IMG/VR virus record: IMGVR_UViG_3300042868_005134 | Location: 124,001 to 188,000 of that record | Length of the DNA: 64,000 nt | Strand: one strand, 5' to 3' | Shown: in pieces, positions 62,591 through 64,000 of the stretch | Numbering within the stretch: the stretch's first letter is position 1 | Layout of the letters: the number at the start of each line of letters is the position of its first letter | Translations under genes and position numbers: made by a program | Notes under the pieces: generated by a model | The model's database searches: none | Seen by the model: only the letters and a program-made list of their open reading frames with translations | What the model was told of the DNA's origin: nothing

Positions 62591-64000
62591 ATGTCAGCAA
62601 CAGATAGACAAAATAGATTACTAGTAGCAGAAGACTGGAAACGTATATACCAGAGCTTCCGTAATGCCGATTTCCAAAGCTACGACTTTGAAAATCTACG
62701 CCGCGTGATGATTAGTTATATCCGCGAGAATTATCCAGAAGATTTCAACGACTATATTGAATCAAGCGAATACCTTGCCCTAATCGACATGATTGCGTTC
62801 TTGGGCCAAAGCATAGCTTTCCGTGTTGATTTAAATGCCCGTGAAAACTTCCTAGAGCTAGCAGAACGACGCGAAAGTGTGTTGCGTCTAGCACGTTTAT
62901 TAAGTTATAAAACAAAACGTAATATTGCTGCATCGGGCTTGTTGAAATTTAATACTGTAAGTACTACTCAGTCAGTGTATGACAGCAACGGCAGAAATCT
63001 AGCCAATCAGGTTGTTGCGTGGAATGATCCAGCTAACACCAATTGGTACGACCAGTTTATTAAAGTTATCAATGCGGCCTTGCCGGCAACTAGACAGTAT
63101 GGAAATCCAGACGCAAAACAAGAAATTTATGGTATTCCCACTGAACAATATAGATTTCAAACAGTGAGCACTTCTATACCGGTATACTCTTTTAACAAAC
63201 CAGTAGATGGCCGCAGTATGAATTTTGAAATTGTAAGTACAACGTTTGCTGGTAAAACTGAAATATATGAAGAACCTCCTAGCATAGGAAACAGTTTGTC
63301 ATTCTTGTACAGAGACAGCGGCCGCGGCAACGGCAGTAGCAATACAGGATTCTTTTTAAGATTTACTCAAGGTACATTGAATCAAGGCAGCTTTACACTG
63401 AGCCAGCCAGCCACAGACGAATCAGTTGACCTAGACGCAGTTAACATTAACAACAGTGATGTGTGGTTATATAGACTAGATAACAACGGAACGGAAAGTG
63501 AGTATTGGGCACAAGTCCCTAGTTTCGAAGGCAATAATGTTATCTATAATAGTCTTAACAAAAGCATCCGAAACATATATGGTGTAGTAACTAGAGCCAG
63601 TGACAGAGTTAGTTTAGTGTTCAGTGACGGTGTGTTTGGTAATTTACCACAAGGCACATTTAGAACATACTACAGAACCAGCAACGGACTAAACTATACT
63701 GTTAATCCTAAAGATATTAAGAATGTTAGCATAGATATTCCTTATATTAGTCAAGTTGGCCAAGTTGAAACATTGAGTGTGACATTAAGTTTACAATCAA
63801 GCGTGTCTAATAGTGGCCCAACCGAAACTAACGACAGTATTAAGACTAATGCTCCTGCCACGTACTATACACAAAATAGAATGATTACAGGAGAAGATTA
63901 CAATATTAGTCCTCTAAGTGTTAATCAGCAAGTTGTAAAAGTAAAAGCAGTTAACCGCAGTTCAAGCGGTATCAGTCGATATTTTGACCTAGTAGACCCA
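62591..64000 (+). CDS. gp6: Baseplate wedge protein (gp6-like), partial; missing from ORF track because it runs off the window
   Basis: Hand translation gives MSATDRQNRLLVAEDWKRIYQSFRNADFQSYDFENLRRVMISYIRENYPEDFNDYIESSEYLALIDMIAFLGQS.AFRVDLNARENFLELAERRESVLRLA..LSY, and near the end QNRMITGEDY, both gp6 hallmarks. Confidence 0.9.
   Translation, partial: MSATDRQNRLLVAEDWKRIYQSFRNADFQSYDFENLRRVMISYIRENYPEDFNDYIESSEYLALIDMIAFLGQSIAFRVDLNARENFLELAERRESVLRLARLLSYKTKRNIAASGLLKFNTVSTTQSVYDSNGRNLANQVVAWNDPANTNWYDQFIKVINAALPATRQYGNPDAKQEIYGIPTEQYRFQTVSTSIPVYSFNKPVDGRSMNFEIVSTTFAGKTEIYEEPPSIGNSLSFLYRDSGRGNGSSNTGFFLRFTQGTLNQGSFTLSQPATDESVDLDAVNINNSDVWLYRLDNNGTESEYWAQVPSFEGNNVIYNSLNKSIRNIYGVVTRASDRVSLVFSDGVFGNLPQGTFRTYYRTSNGLNYTVNPKDIKNVSIDIPYISQVGQVETLSVTLSLQSSVSNSGPTETNDSIKTNAPATYYTQNRMITGEDYNISPLSVNQQVVKVKAVNRSSSGISRYFDLVDP

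Noticed and set aside
1-64000. Alternative genetic code (stop-codon reassignment)
   Set aside because: All recognisable genes are full length under the standard code and end in TAA or TGA; no gene is fragmented at in-frame TAG or TGA.

Overview
This 64 kb window comes from a large T4-like (gp55-type late transcription) myovirus and is almost entirely morphogenesis genes. It contains a tail tube and sheath, neck and tail-terminator genes, a ~30 kb block of LamG, glycine-rich and beta-helix fibre/adhesin genes, the head operon (portal, core, protease, scaffold, major capsid), a tape measure protein, a gp26-like chaperone and baseplate genes. Two non-structural units sit behind sigma70-type promoters: a dNMP kinase, and an operon of late sigma factor, gp47, gp46, a small ORF and a GIY-YIG nuclease. 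The most notable unexplained signals are: (1) a ~350-430 nt highly structured candidate ncRNA starting at the GIY-YIG stop codon; (2) a T-TTT-TTC -1 frameshift site joining the gp26-like gene to a start-less downstream ORF, resembling lambda G/GT; (3) a tandem GAAA-capped hairpin motif in a fibre-gene leader; (4) nested domain insertions in a 1624-aa glycine-rich/LamG protein; (5) six apparently leaderless late genes; and (6) a shared MKVxEII(S)E N-terminal tag on putative internal head proteins. I saw no tRNA, CRISPR array, reverse transcriptase, integrase or terminase. All product calls come from motif recognition and synteny; no database searches were run.
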